Assembly: GCA_051530055.1 (NCBI GenBank)
Contig: CM121341.1
Span: forward strand, 2,012,734 to 2,076,733
Length of the DNA stretch: 64,000 bases
Reading direction: 5' to 3'
DNA from: Neoechinorhynchus agilis
Taxonomy: Eukaryota; Animalia; Acanthocephala
Below the pieces are notes generated by a model. That model was given only the letters and a program-made list of their open reading frames with translations. It did not search any database and was not told the origin of the DNA. A program made the translations under genes and the position numbers. Shown in pieces: positions 1-14,650 of this stretch. Position 1 is the stretch's first letter. Every line of letters starts with the position of its first letter.

Positions 1-393
1 GAAAAGTTGAAAGTTTAGTTTCAAACCTTAAAAATCTCACTAAAATTTTAATTGCAAAAATAATCAAATTGAGAAAAGTTCATAGTTACATCGCGCCTTG
101 TATTTAAATTATAAACTAAAAGCTAAAGGCTTTCAAATATAAATTCAAATATTGACCAAACCAAAATTGGTTTCCTTTTAGCTGTTGATTTGTTTTCTTG
201 TGTTGAAATAAACAAGTGTTATGGCCATCGGAAAGTTAAGGATAATCGTTTAGGTTTTGAACAACAATTTGTGAGTGAGGTGAATGTAATGACCCCTTTC
301 GGTGGTATAAAAGAAGTTGTAGAGCTGTTCATCGATGAGTTATCGGTTGATCCTACGTTTCTCTTAGTCGAGCTTTCGCTATCTCTTTTGTAA

Positions 394-1425
394 GGTCATT
401 TGTATTATGGAATATGGCGCCTTCCCGACGGACTTCAGATACACCGAGACATTATTAGAAACTTGAAATCCCATGAACTACTTTCAAAATACGTTTCGGT
501 ATCATAGTTCCTCTTCCCATTAAAATATAGTTCTTCCAATATTTTAGAATGAGATTTTATAAATATTTTTTAATCTGGTTTTTAGAACTATATTTTCGAA
601 CACCGCAGGAATTCCATCTGATGAATTTAGGACTTGGTATTGCTGACATGGGAACAGCTGCTAGCCTTCTAACCAATTCTAGGTTTATTTCGAAACATTG
701 CACAAATATTCTAATTTTTCTATATTTCTAACATTTTTAAATAAAGCTTTTTCTAAAAGTACGTCGATCCATTCAGGTGCACTTTCAGAAAAATGCTTTT
801 AAATCCGATTAATATAGAGCAATCCCAAATGTTTGTAGTATTTAAAGAGACGGTATACGAAATCACTATATAGTCCCGCAATTGGGAAACAAGCGGTCAT
901 ACTCCCATTGAAACAGGAATCAGGTTACGTACTCCTATCTTTCTACTTTAAGATATGCCCTCCTCCACAGACGAATACAGTGATGGTGAGGGGGTAACAA
1001 TTAGTTTAGATGAGTTAGTAGCAGCGGATACGAAGGACAAGCCTGATGAACCAAATGATGTTCAACAAAGTCCGCCAGTAGATGAGTCAAAGGGGTTAAC
1101 CGATGATGAGGTACGCGATTTAGAAACCGCGATTTTTGAATTCGAGAGAAGAGACATGTTCGACGTCTGGGAAACAAACGAACAAATGGACGAATGCGAA
1201 CGATACATCAATAGTGAAAACAGTGGACACCCAAGACGTAGTTATTTTAGCTTGTGGGTTCCAGGATATGGGCACGTTACCGAAGCGAAGTACGAGGAGA
1301 TATATGGAAGGAAACCGGAGCCCATATCCAACTATCGAATTAGACCAAGGTTCACACGTCGTGCGTCAAATGTCACAACGACGGAGGAGAGCCATAAGTT
1401 GCGGAAACGCCACAACTCTTATTAG
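394..1425 (+). CDS. Uncharacterised multi-exon gene; only the 3' part is resolved (acidic region followed by a basic tail)
   Basis: The 955-1425 ORF is preceded by an acceptor (ctactttaag|at). A GT-AG intron at 924-952 joins it in frame to an open exon at 839-923 (YLKRRYTKSLYSPAIGKQAVILPLKQES). Further exon-like open stretches at ~394-525 (GHLYYGIWRLPDGLQIHRDIIRNLKSHELLSKYVS) and ~585-710 could not be phased by hand. No domain recognised. Confidence 0.5.
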
Positions 1426-1689
1426 ATTTTAGTATACAAGCGCAAAAAAAAGATGACCATGGTTTGTCTTTTTAATAAAAGCTTGTAATTTGGCAAATTA
1501 GGAGCATGGCATCAAATTTTATGGCTGCTTCACACATTTCTTGCAATATTTTTATCCATTTAAGTGTAACAGTGATAATTTTAAATGACTGATTCGGAGT
1601 GTTCATTGCAATCTTTGTCGAAATCGTTGCAGCATTTATGGTCGTGATCATTATTAATATCGAAATAGCAAGAGTATTCGTAAGAGTTA

Positions 1690-4600
1690 AGGCGGAGATT
1701 TTCGTCATTTGATTCTAGTCTTATACGTCAAGGTACTCATGACGATCATCGCCTTTCATCATTGTGTTCAATGCGTCAGTCGTTTGAAATCTGTGTAGTA
1801 TTCGTAGTACTTTAAGGTGAGATTTTCGCATTTGATTCTAGTCTTATACGTCAAGGTACTCATGACGATCATCGCCTTCCATCATTGTGTTCAATGCGTC
1901 AGTCGTTTGAAATCTGCGTAGTATTCGTAGTATTTTAAGGTGAGATTTTCGTCATTTGATTCTAGTCTTTTACGTCAAGGTACTCATGACGATCATCGCC
2001 TTTCATCATTGTGTTCAATGCGTCAGTCGTTTGAAATCTGTGTAGTATTCGTAGTATTTTAGGGTGAGATTTTCGTCATTTGATTCTAGTCTTATACGTC
2101 AAGGTACTCATGACGATCATCGCCTTCCATCATTGTGTTCAATGCGTCAGTCGTTTGAAATCTGCGTAGTATTCGTAGTATTTTAAGGTGAGATTTTCGT
2201 CATTTGATTCTAGTCTTATACGTCAAGGTACTCATGACGATCATCGCCTTTCATCATTGTGTTCAATGCGTCAGTCGTTTGAAATCTGCGTAGTATTCGT
2301 AGTATTTTAGGGTGAGATTTTCGTCATTTGATTCTAGTCTTATACGTCAAGGAACTCATGACGATCATCGCCTTTCATCATTGTGTTCAATGCGTCAGTC
2401 GTTTGAAATCTGCGTAGTATTCGTAGTATTTTAGGGTGAGATTTTCGCCATTTGATTCTAGTCTTATACGTCAAGGTACTCATGACGATCATCGCCTTTC
2501 ATCATTGTGTTCAATGCGTCAGTCGTTTGAAATCTGCGTAGTATTCGTAGTATTTTAAGGTGAGATTTTCGTCATTTGATTCTAGTCTTATACGTCAAGG
2601 TACTCATGACGATCATCGCCTTTCATCATTGTGTTCAATGCGTCAGTCGTTTGAAATCTGCGTAGTATTCGTAGTACTTTAAGGTGAGATTTTCGTCATT
2701 TGATTATAGTCTTATACGTCAAGGTACTCATGACGATCATCGCCTTTCATCATTGTGTTCAATGCGTCAGTCGTTTGAAATCTGTGTAGTATTCGTAGTA
2801 TTTTTAGGTGAGATTTTCGTCATTTGATTCTAGTCTTATACGTCGGAGTACTTCCATGACGATCATCGCCTTTCATCATTGTGTTCAATGCGTCAGTCGT
2901 TGAAATCTGCAGTATTCGTAGTATTTTATGGTGAGATTTTCGTCATTTGATTCTAGTCTTATACGTCAAGGTACTCATGACGATCATCGCCTTTCATCAT
3001 TGTGTTCAATGCGTCAGTCGTTTAAAATCTGTGTAGTATTCGTAGTATTTTAGGGTGAGATTTTCGTCATTTGATTCTAGTCTTATACGTCAAGGTACTC
3101 ATGACGATCATCGCCTTTCATCATTGTGTTCAATGCGTCAGTCGTTTGAAATCTGCGTAGTATTCGTAGTATTTTAAGGTGAGATTTTCGTCATTTGATT
3201 CTAGTCTTATACGTCAAGGAACTCATGACGATCATCGCCTTTCATCATTGTGTTCAATGCGTCAGTCGTTTGAACTCTGCGTAGTATTCATGGTATTTTA
3301 GGGGGAGATTTTCGTCATTTGATTCTAGTCTTATACGTCAAGGTACTCATAACGATCATCGCCTTTCATCATTGTGTTCAATGCGTCAGTCGTTTGAAAT
3401 CTGCGTAGTATTCGTAGTATTTTAAGGTGAGATTTTCGTCATTTGATTCTAGTCTTATACGTCAAGGTACTCACGACGATCATCGCCTTTCATCATTGTG
3501 TTCAATGCGTCTGTCGTTTGAAATCTGTGTAGTATTCGTAGTATTTTAAGGTGAGATTTTCGTCATTTGATTCTAGTCTTATACGTCAAGGTACTCACGA
3601 CGATCATCGCCTTTCATCGTTGTGTTCAATGCGTCAGTCGTTTGAAATCTGCGTAGTATTCGTAGTATTTTAGGGTGAGATTTTCGTGTTGATTTCACAA
3701 GTCTTGCTAAATAAAGGTATAGTCTTCTTGCTGGTATCATTGTGTTCAATGCGTCTGTCGTTTGAAATCTGTGTAGTATTCGTAGTATTTTAAGGTTAGA
3801 TTTTCGTCATTTGATTCTAGTCTTGTACGTCAAGGAACTCATGACGATCATCGCCTTTCATCATTGTGTTCAATGCGTCTGTCGTTTGAAATCTGTGTAG
3901 TATTCGTAGTATTTTATTGTGAGATTTTCGTCATTTGATTCTAGTCTTATACGTCAAGGTACTCACGACGATCATCGCCTTTCATCATTGTGTTCAATGC
4001 GTCTGTCGTTTGAAATCTGCGTAGTATTCGTAGTATTTTAAGGTGAGATTTTCGTCATTTGATTCTAGTCTTGTACGTCAAGGTACTCATGACGATCATC
4101 GCCTTTCATCATTGTGTTCAATGCGTCAGTCGTTTGAAATCTGTGTAGTATTCGTAGTATTTTAGGGTGAGATTTTCGTCATTTGATTCTAGTCTTATAC
4201 GTCAAGGTACTCATGACGATCATCGCCTTTAATCATTGTGTTCAATGCGTCAGTCGTTTAAAATCTGCGTAGTATTCGTAGTATTTTAGGGTGAGATTTT
4301 CGTCATTTGATTCTAGTCTTTTACGTCAAGGTACTCATGACGATCATCGCCTTTTCATCTTTTAGTATTTCCAATGCGCCTGTCGTTTGAAATCTGCGTA
4401 GTATTCGTAAGTATTTTAGGGTAGAATTTTCGTCATTTGATTCTAGTCTTATACGTCAAGGTACTCATGACGATCATCGCCTTTCATCTTTGTGTTCAAT
4501 GCGTCAGTCGTTTGAAATCTGCGTAGTATTCGTAGTATTTTAGGGTGAGATTTTCGTCATTTTGATTCTAGTCTTGTATCAAGTGCTCATGACGATCATC

Positions 4601-7600
4601 GCCTTTCATCATTGTGTTCAATGCGTCAGTCGTTTGAAATATGTGTAGTATTCGTAGTATTTTAAGGTGAGATTTTCGTCATTTGATTCCAGTCTTATAC
4701 GTCAAGGTACTCATGACGATCATCGCCTTTCATCTTTGTGTTCAATGCGCCTGTCGTTTGAAATCTGCGTAGTATTCGTAGTATTTTAGGGTGAGATTTT
4801 CGTCATTTGATTCTAGTCTTATACGTCATGGTACTCATGACGATCATCGCCTTTCATCATTGTGTTCAATGCGTCTGTCGTTTGAAATCTGTGTAGTATT
4901 CGTAGTATTTTAGGGTGAGATTTTCGTCATTTGATTCTAGTCTTATACGTCAAGGTACTCATGACGATCATCGCCTTTCATCATTGTGTTCAATGCGTCT
5001 GTCGTTTGAAATCTGCTTAGTATTCGTAGTATTTTAAGGTGAGATTTTCGTCATTTGATTCTAGTCTTTTACGTCAAGGTACTCATGACGATCATCGCCT
5101 TTCATCATTGTGTTCAATGCGTCTGTCGTTTGAAATCTGTGTAGTATTCGTAGTATTTTAAGGTGAGATTTTCGTCATTTGATTCTAGTCTTATACGTCA
5201 AGGTACTCACGACGATCATCGCCTTTCATAATTGTGTTCAATGCGTCAGTCGTTTGAAATCTGTGTAGTATTCGTAGTATTTTAAGGTGAGATTTTCGTC
5301 ATTTGATTCTAGTCCTATACGTCAAGGTACTCACGACGATCATCGCCTTTCATCATTGTGTTCAATGCGTCTGTCGTTTGAAATCTGCGTAGTATTCGTA
5401 GTATTTTAGGGTGAGATTTTCGTCATTTGATTCTAGTCTTATACGTCAAGGTACTCATAACGATCATCGCCTTTCATCATTGTGTTCAATGCGTCAGTCG
5501 TTTGAAATCTGCGTAGTATTCGTAGTATTTTAGGTGAGATTTTCGTCATTTGATTCTAGTCTTATACGTCAAAATTACTCGGCTTGATCATCGCCTTTCA
5601 TCATTGTGTTCAATGCGTCAGTCGTTTGAAATCTGTGTAGTATTCGTAGTATTTTAAGGTTAGATTTTCGTCATTTGATTCTAGTCATATACGTCAAGGA
5701 ACTCATGACGATCATCGCCTTTCATCATTGTGTTCAATGCGTCAGTCGTTTGAAATCTGTGTAGTATTCGTAGTATTTTAAGGTGAGATTTTCGTCATTT
5801 GATTCTAGTCTTATACGTCAAGGTACTCACGACGATCATCGCCTTTCATCATTGTGTTCAATGCGTCAGTCGTTTGAACTCTGCGTAGTATTCGTAGTAT
5901 TTTAAGGTGAGATTTTCGTCATTTGATTCTAGTCTTATACGTCAAGGTACTCATGACGATCATCGCCTTTCATCATTGAGTTCAATGCGTCAGTCGTTTG
6001 AAATCTGCGTAGTATTCGTAGTATTTTAGGGTGAGATTTTCGTCATTTGATTCTAGTCTTATACGTCAAGGTACTCATGACGATCATCGCCTTTCATCTT
6101 TGTGTTCAATGCGTCAGTCGTTTGAAATCTGCGTAGTATTCGTAGTATTTTAAGGTGAGATTTTCGTCATTTGATTATAGTCTTATACGTGAAGGTACTC
6201 ATGACGATCATCGCCTTTCATCATTGTGTTCAATGCGTCAGTCGTTTGAAATCTGTGTAGTATTCGTAGTATTTTAAGGTGAGATTTTCGTCATTTGATT
6301 CTAGTCTTATACGTCAAGGTACTCATGACGATCATCGCCTTTCATCTTTGTGTTCAATGCGTCAGTCGTTTGAAATCTGCGTAGTATTCGTAGTATTTTA
6401 AGGTGAGATTTTCGTCATTGATTCTAGTCTTATACGTCAGAGTACTCACGACGATCATCGCCTTTCATCATTGTGTTCAATGCGTCAGTCGTTTGAACTC
6501 TGCGTAGTATTCGTAGTATTTTAAGGTGAGATTTTCGTCATTTGATTCTAGTCTTATACGTCAAGGTACTCATGACGATCATCACCTTTCGTGTGTGTTC
6601 AATGCGTCAGTCGTTTGAAATCTGCGTAGTATTCGTAGTATTTTAAGGTGAGATTTTCGCCATTTGATTCTAGTCTTATACGTCAAGGTACTCACGACGA
6701 TCATCGCCTTTCATCATTGTGTTCAATGCGTCAGTCGTTTGAACTCTGCGTAGTATTCGTAGTATTTTAAGGTGAGATTTTCGTCATTTGATTCTAGTCT
6801 TATACGTCAAGGTACTCATGACGATCATCGCCTTTCATCATTGTGTTCAATGCGTCAGTCGTTTGAAATCTGCGTAGTATTCGTAGTATTTTAAGGTGAG
6901 ATTTTCATCATTGTGTTCAATGCGTCAGTCGTTTGAAATCTGCGTAGTATTCGTAGTATTTTAGGGTGAGATTTTCGTCATTTGATTCTAGTCTTATACG
7001 TCAAGGTACTCATGACGATCATCGCCTTTCATCATTGTGTTCAATGCGTCAGTCGTTTGAAATCTGCGTAGTATTCGTAGTATTTTAAGGTGAGATTTTC
7101 GTCATTTGATTCTAGTCTTATACGTCAAGGTACTCATGACGATCATCGCCTTTCATCATTGTGTTCAATGCGTCAGTCGTTTGAAATCTGCGTAGTATTC
7201 GTAGTATTTTAGGGTGAGATTTTCGTCATTTGATTCTAGTCTTATACGTCAAGGTACTCATGACGATCATCGCCTTTCATCATTGTGTTCAATGCGTCAG
7301 TCGTTTGAAATCTGCGTAGTATTCGTAGTATTTTAAGGTGAGATTTTCGTCATTTGATTCTAGTCTTATACGTCAAGGTACTCATGACGATCATCGCCTT
7401 TCATCATTGTGTTCAATGCGTCAGTCGTTTGAAATCTGCGTAGTATTCGTAGTATTTTAAGGTGAGATTTTCGTCATTTGATTCTAGTCTTATACGTCAA
7501 GGTACTCATGACGATCATCGCCTTTCATCATTGTGTTCAATGCGTCATTTGTCGTTTGAAATCTGCGTAGTATTCGTAGTATTTTAATCTGGTGAGATTT

Positions 7601-10600
7601 TCGTCATTTGATTCTAGTCTTATACGTCAAGGTACTCATGACGATCATCGCCTTTCATCATTGTGTTCAATGCGTCAGTCGTTTGAAATCTGCGTAGTAT
7701 TCGTAGTATTTTAGGGTGAGATTTTCGTCATTTGATTCTAGTCTTATACGTCAAGGTACTCATGACGATCATCGCCTTTCATCATTGTGTTCAATGCGTC
7801 AGTCGTTTGAAATCTGCGTAGTATTCGTAGTATTTTAAGGTGAGATTTTCGTCATTTGATTCTAGTCTTATACGTCAAGGTACTCATGACGATCATCGCC
7901 TTTCATCATTGTGTTCAATGCGTCAGTCGTTTGAAATCTGCGTAGTATTCGTAGTATTTTAGGGTGAGATTTTCGTCATTTGATTCTAGTCTTATACGTC
8001 AAGGTACTCATGACGATCATCGCCTTTCATCATTGTGTTCAATGCGTCAGTCGTTTGAAATCTGCGTAGTATTCGTAGTATTTTAGGGTGAGATTTTCGT
8101 CATTTGATTCTAGTCTTATACGTCAAGGTACTCATGACGATCATCGCCTTTCATCGTATTTTCATCATTTTTCATCTGCGTAGTATTCGTAGTGTCATTT
8201 GATTCTAGTCTTATACGTCTCATGACGATCATCGCCTTTCATCATTGTGTTCAATGCGTCAGTCGTTTGAAATCTGCGTAGTATTCGTAGTATTTTAAGG
8301 TGAGATTTTCGTCATTTGATTCTAGTCTTATACGTCAAGGTACTCATGACGATCATCGCCTTTCATCATTGTGTTCAATGCGTCAGTCGTTTGAAATCTG
8401 CGTAGTATTCGTAGTATTTTAGGGTGAGATTTTCGTCATTTGATTCTAGTCTTATACGTCAAGGTACTCATGACGATCATCGCCTTTCATCATTGTGTTC
8501 AATGCGTCGTCGTTTGAAATCTGCGTAGTATTCGTTTAAGGTGAGATTTTCGTCATTTGAAGTCTGTCAAGGTGACGTCATTCGTTCAATGCGTCAGTTT
8601 TGAAAGGGTAGTATTCGTAGTATTTTCGTCATTTGATTCTAGTCTTATACGTCAAGGTACTCATGACGATCATCGCCTTTCATCATTGTGTTCAATGCGT
8701 CAGTCGTTTGAAATCTGCGTAGTATTCGTAGTATTTTAGGGTGAGATTTTCGTCATTTGATTCTAGTCTTATACGTCAAGGTACTCATGACGATCATCGC
8801 CTTTCATCATTGTGTTCAATGCGTCAGTCGTTTGAAATCTGCGTAGTATTCGTAGTATTTTTAGGTGAGATTTTCGTCATTTGATTCTAGTCTTATACGT
8901 CAAGGTACTCATGACGATCATCGCCTTTCATCATTGTGTTCAATGCGTCAGTCGTTTGAAATCTGCGTAGTATTCGTAGTATTTTAGGGTGAGATTTTCG
9001 TCATTTGATTCTAGTCTTATACGTCAAGGTACTCATGACGATCATCGCCTTTCATCATTGTGTTCAATGCGTCAGTCGTTTGAAATCTGCGTAGTATTCG
9101 TAGTATTTTAGGGTGAGATTTTCGTCATTTGATTCTAGTCTTATACGTCAAGGTACTCATGACGATCATCGCCTTTCATCATTGTGTTCAATGCGTCAGT
9201 CGTTTGAAATCTGCGTAGTATTCGTAGTATTTTAGGGTGAGATTTTCGTCATTTGATTCTAGTCTTATACGTCAAGGTACTCATGACGATCATCGCCTTT
9301 CATCATTGTGTTCAATGCGTCAGTCGTTTGAAGTCTGCGTAGTACGTATTTTAAGGTGAGATTTTCGTCATTTGATTCTAGTCTTATACGTCAAGGTACT
9401 CATGACGATCATCGCCTTTCATCATTGTGTTCAATGCGTCAGTCGTTTGAAATCTGCGTAGTATTCGTAGTATTTTAGGGTGAGATTTTCGTCATTTGAT
9501 TCTAGTCTTATACGTCAAGGTACTCATGACGATCATCGCCTTTCATCATTGTGTTCAATGCGTCAGTCGTTTGAAATCTGCGTAGTATTCGTAGTATTTT
9601 AAGGTGAGATTTTCGTCATTTGATTCTAGTCTTATACGTCAAGGTACTCATGACGATCATCGCCTTTCATCATTGTGTTCAATGCGTCAGTCGTTTGAAA
9701 TCTGCGTAGTATTCGTAGTATTTTAAGGTGAGATTTTCGTCATTTGATTCTAGTCTTATACGTCAAGGTACTCATGACGATCATCGCCTTTCATCATTGT
9801 GTTCAATGCGTCAGTCGTTTGAAATCTGCGTAGTATTCGTAGTATTTTAAGGTGAGATTTTCGTCATTTGATTCTAGTCTTATACGTCAAGGTACTCATG
9901 ACGATCATCGCCTTTCATCATTGTGTTCAATGCGTCAGTCGTTTGAAATCTGCGTAGTATTCGTAGTATTTTAGGGTGAGATTTTCGTCATTTGATTCTA
10001 GTCTTATACGTCAAGGTACTCATGACGATCATCGCCTTTCATCATTGTGTTCAATGCGTCAGTCGTTTGAAATCTGCGTAGTATTCGTAGTATTTTAGGG
10101 TGAGATTTTCGTCATTTGATTCTAGTCTTATACGTCAAGGTACTCATGACGATCATCGCCTTTCATCATTGTGTTCAATGCGTCAGTCGTTTGAAATCTG
10201 CGTAGTATTCGTAGTATTTTAAGGTGAGATTTTCGTCATTTGATTCTAGTCTTATACGTCAAGGTACTCATGACGATCATCGCCTTTCATCATTGTGTTC
10301 AATGCGTCAGTCGTTTGAAATCTGCGTAGTATTCGTAGTATTTTAGGTGAGATTTTCGTCATTTGATTCTAGTCTTATACGTCAAGGTACTCATGACGAT
10401 CATCGCCTTTCATCATTGTGTTCAATGCGTCAGTCGTTTGAAATCTGCGTAGTATTCGTAGTATTTTAAGGTGAGATTTTCGTCATTTGATTCTAGTCTT
10501 ATACGTCAAGGTACTCATGACGATCATCGCCTTTCATCATTGTGTTCAATGCGTCAGTCGTTTGAAATCTGCGTAGTATTCGTAGTATTTTATTTTCGTC

Positions 10601-12939
10601 ATTTGGTGAGATTTTCGTCATTTGATTCTAGTCTTGCGTACGTCAAGGTACTCATGACGATCATCGCGATCTTTCATCATTGTGTTCAATGCGTCAGTCG
10701 TTTGAAATCTGCGTAGTATTCGTAGTATTTTAAGGTGAGATTTTCGTCATTTGATTCTAGTCTTATACGTCAAGGTACTCATGACGATCATCGCCTTTCA
10801 TCATTGTGTTCAATGCGTCAGTCGTTTGAAATCTGCGTAGTATTCGTAGTATTTTAAGGTGAGATTTTCGTCATTTGATTCTAGTCTTATACGTCAAGGT
10901 ACTCATGACGATCATCGCCTTTCATCATTGTGTTCAATGCGTCAGTCGTTTGAAATCTGCGTAGTATTCGTAGTATTTTAGGGTGAGATTTTCGTCATTT
11001 GATTCTAGTCTTATACGTCAAGGTACTCACGACGATCATCGCCTTTCATCATTGTGTTCAATGCGTCAGTCGTTTGAAATCTGCGTAGTATTCGTAGTAT
11101 TTTAGGGTGAGATTTTCGTCATTTGATTCTAGTCTTATACGTCAAGGTACTCATGACGATCATCGCCTTTCATCATTGTGTTTCAGTCGTTTGCGTAGTC
11201 GTAGTATTTTAGGTGAGATTTTCGTCATTTGATTCTGTCTTATACGTCAAGTATCACGACGATATCGCCTTTCATCATTGTGTTCAATGCGTCAGTTTTG
11301 AAATCTGCGTAGTATTCGGTATTTTAAGGTGAGATTTTCGTCATTTGATTCTAGTCTTATACGTCAAGGTACTCATGACGATCATCGCCTTTCATCATTG
11401 TGTTCAATGCGTCAGTCGTTTGAAATCTGCGTAGTATTCGTAGTATTTTAGGGTGAGATTTTCGTCATTTGATTCTAGTCTTATACGTCAAGGTACTCAT
11501 CGACAAGGTGAGATTTTGTGTTCAATGCAAAGTCATGACTGTCGTTTGAATGCGTCAGTCATCGCCATTGTGTTTTCAGTCGTTTGAAATCTGTAGTATT
11601 CGTAGTATTTTAGGGTGAGATTTTCGTCATTTGATTCTAGTCTTATACGTCAAGGTACTCATGACGATCATCGCCTTTCATCATTGTGTTCAATGCGTCA
11701 GTCGTTTGAAATCTGCGTAGTATTCGTAGTATTTTAAGGTGAGATTTTCGTCATTTGATTCTAGTCTTATACGTCAAGGTACTCATGACGATCATCGCCT
11801 TTCATCATTGTGTTCAATGCGTCAGTCGTTTGAAATCTGCGTAGTATTCGTAGTATTTTAGGGTGAGATTTTCGTCATTTGATTCTAGTCTTATACGTCA
11901 AGGTACTCACGACGATCATCGCCTTTCATCATTGTGTTCAATGCGTCAGTCGTTTGAAATCTGCGTAGTATTCGTAGTATTTTAAGGTGAGATTTTCGTC
12001 ATTTGATTCTAGTCTTATACGTCAAGGTACTCATGACGATCATCGCCTTTCATCATTGTGTTCAATGCGTCAGTCGTTTGAAATCTGCGTAGTATTCGTA
12101 GTATTTTAGGGTGAGATTTTCGTCATTTGATTCTAGTCTTATACGTCAAGGTACTCATGACGATCATCGCCTTTCATCATTGTGTTCAATGCGTCAGTCG
12201 TTTGAAATCTGCGTAGTATTCGTAGTATTTTAGGGTGAGATTTTCGTCATTTGATTCTAGTCTTATACGTCAAGGTACTCATGACGATCATCGCCTTTCA
12301 TCATTGTGTTCAATGCGTCAGTCGTTTGAAATCTGCGTAGTATTCGTAGTATTTTAAGGTGAGATTTTCGTCATTTGATTCTAGTCTTATACGTCAAGGT
12401 ACTCATGACGATCATCGCCTTTCATCATTGTGTTCAATGCGTCAGTCGTTTGAAATCTGCGTAGTATTCGTAGTATTTTAAGGTGAGATTTTCGTCATTT
12501 GATTCTAGTCTTATACGTCAAGGTACTCATGACGATCATCGCGCTTTCATCTCAATGCGTCATCGTTTGAAATCTGCGTAGTATTCGTAGTATTTTAGGG
12601 TGAGATTTTCGTCATTTGATTCTAGTCTTATACGTCAAGGTACTCACGACGATCATCGCCTTTCATCATTGTGTTCAATGCGTAGTCGTTTGAAATCTGC
12701 GTAGTATTCGTAGTATTTTAGGGTGAGATTTTCGTCATTTGATTCTAGTCTTATACGTCAAGGTACTCATGACGATCATCGCCTTTCATCATTGTGTTCA
12801 ATGCGTCAGTCGTTTGAAATCTGCGTAGTATTCGTAGTATTTTAGGGTGAGATTTTCGTCATTTGATTCTAGTCTTATACGTCAAGGTACTCATGACGAT
12901 CATCGCCTTTCATCATTGTGTTCAATGCGTCTGTCGTTT
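1690..12939. repeat. Tandem satellite, 124-bp monomer, ~90 copies
   Basis: The monomer ggtgagattttcgtcatttgattctagtcttatacgtcaaggtactcatgacgatcatcgcctttcatcattgtgttcaatgcgtcagtcgtttgaaatctgcgtagtattcgtagtatttta(a/g) recurs with period 124 (ggtgag at 6965, 7089, 7213). ORFs called inside it are by-products of the repeat. Confidence 0.98.
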
Positions 12940-13224
12940 GTAATTGTACTTGTTTTTAAAAAATTGGTATTGCTCCAATGTTTCATTGAATTTTTTTCCA
13001 GCGAATCACGATTTGGGGTGCGTATGCGTAAATTGATATTACGCGGCAACACATCATCATGGCGCTAATTGCATCCGCTTTGCTCGTACCAAGCGATGAT
13101 GCATCGTTGGTTATTCCGCGCAAAAGTTGTCTCGTTCGCGTGACCTCTGTTGGATTCCGTTTCGCAATTCTCTGTGTTTCGTGTTTTTTTTGGTTTTTCA
13201 GGTCGAATTAAGGAGGATATTTAG

Positions 13225-14650
13225 ATGGATCGGTTGACGGTAGCCGAATTAAGGAAACTCGCTGCTCAACATAAGATTAGGATTGGTAAAGTGCGTAAAA
13301 TGGAAATGGTCAGGATTCTCATGGAGGCTGGCATAAGGTCACCAGAATCTGAAGAGTCTCTGTCAAGTTCATCGACCATCTCGGCTAATAATGTTCTCAA
13401 TAATGAAGTTCCGAATGAACTTTTAAAAGAAACAAACGGGTGTAAGGTTGAAAATAGCTCTCAAGAAGAAGATAAATGTGCAAACGAACCATTTGAGCGA
13501 AAGCTTGAATGTAAAGTTAAACGAAACACTATTCTTTTTCCGCAATTCAGTAATCCCGATGATAGTATAATGAACCAAACGGATTCTCTGTTAAGTCTTC
13601 GAACGGATCTTTCTTCAGTTGATCTTAACATGACTGGTGAGTTTGTATCGGACGGTGGAGAGATTTCTAGAATTATTAATGAGGAATTGAAACTTCAATT
13701 GAGTAAGGAACGTGAGACTGAAAAGAAGGAAGCAAAGATTCCAAATCCGTTTGCACGACGGCGGGATTCCGTCGTTGAGTCACTTACAAATGTGTTGATT
13801 TCTTGAATTCTTATAAAGAAATCAATTCGATATTCACACAAATCGAGATACGGACGAGCAAGTTTCTCGTGTCATAAGACGATCTCGATCCTGTGGTTCA
13901 TCACTTAATCTTAACTCGTCCATTTATAAGCCATTTCAAAAAAATCAGAAGCGACAACCGAAACTCCCTACAATTCCTGAAGTTATATGTGCAGTAAAGT
14001 CCCCAATTCAAGATCTGTGTAATAGGACACGAACACTCGCCGTTCGTCCAGTTAACAGCCGTCAGAGGCTAGAATCCGGCCGACGAAGTGTTTTACGAAC
14101 ACCAGAAAATTCGAGAGATCGACGGTCGCTTTTGCAGAATTCAACGAAGCCATTAAAGGATTTCCGGGTTTATAAACTTGCCCAGGAAAAGCAGCAAAAG
14201 GAGCGTGAAATGAAAGCAGCTGCATTGGAAGCTGAACAAAAGGCGCAGATAAGAAAATCAACGTTCACGGGCCACTCGCGGCCATCTTTGGCCTATAATC
14301 ATTCAAATCGCACAAGTATTTTTTGTCATAATCAACTAGAAATTACAAGCATTTCCACGACTGCATCGAAAAGAGAATCGCTTAAGAGTTCCACAGATTC
14401 CAAGTTTACTCCACTCAAAGTCGATAAAAAGTCCCCAAAAGCGGGATTAAACAAGCCCGTTTATTCTAAACTGTCGTCTGGTTCTCATGCCGTTCAACGA
14501 ACGAGTATTTTAAATAGAACTCAAATAATGAACTCTAATGTACGTCCAGCTGTTGCGCGAAGGGATTCACTCAAAACAGCTACGAAGAAATTGCCATCGG
14601 TAAAGAAGAGGGATGAAAAGGCTAAGCCAAGACCCGCTTGGAGATATTAA
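13225..14650 (+). CDS. Protein with an N-terminal SAP/HeH-like helical motif and a long Ser/Arg/Lys-rich low-complexity region (2 exons)
   Basis: The N-terminus MDRLTVAELRKLAAQHKIRIGKVRKMEMVRILMEAG fits the SAP/HeH pattern. A second frame is open from 13820 to the stop at 14650. Frame-compatible GT-AG introns are 13779-13818 (40 nt) or 13792-13858 (67 nt). An aataaa lies ~40 nt after the stop. The architecture loosely recalls NuSAP-type spindle proteins, but this is unconfirmed. Confidence 0.7.

Noticed and set aside
3685-11590. Scrambled or substituted monomers (~3685-3740, 4355-4380, 8155-8220, 8555-8640, 10590-10670, 11500-11580)
   Set aside because: They are shuffled fragments of the same monomer at near-constant length, as expected from long-read consensus errors; not credible as biology without raw reads.
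1690-12939. Hammerhead-like motif on the minus strand of the 124-bp monomer (ctgacg-cattg/caatg-atgaaa ... gtc)
   Set aside because: A9 is missing, two extra bases precede GAAA, the 15.2-16.2 pair mismatches and no stem I can form.
1690-12939. 5S rDNA, SL-RNA array or CRISPR interpretation of the ~120-bp repeats
   Set aside because: No 5S sequence or internal promoter boxes, no Sm-site/leader layout, no unique spacers and no cas genes.
8557-13068. ORFs inside the 124-bp array
   Set aside because: They are translations of the repeat unit, opened by local indels.
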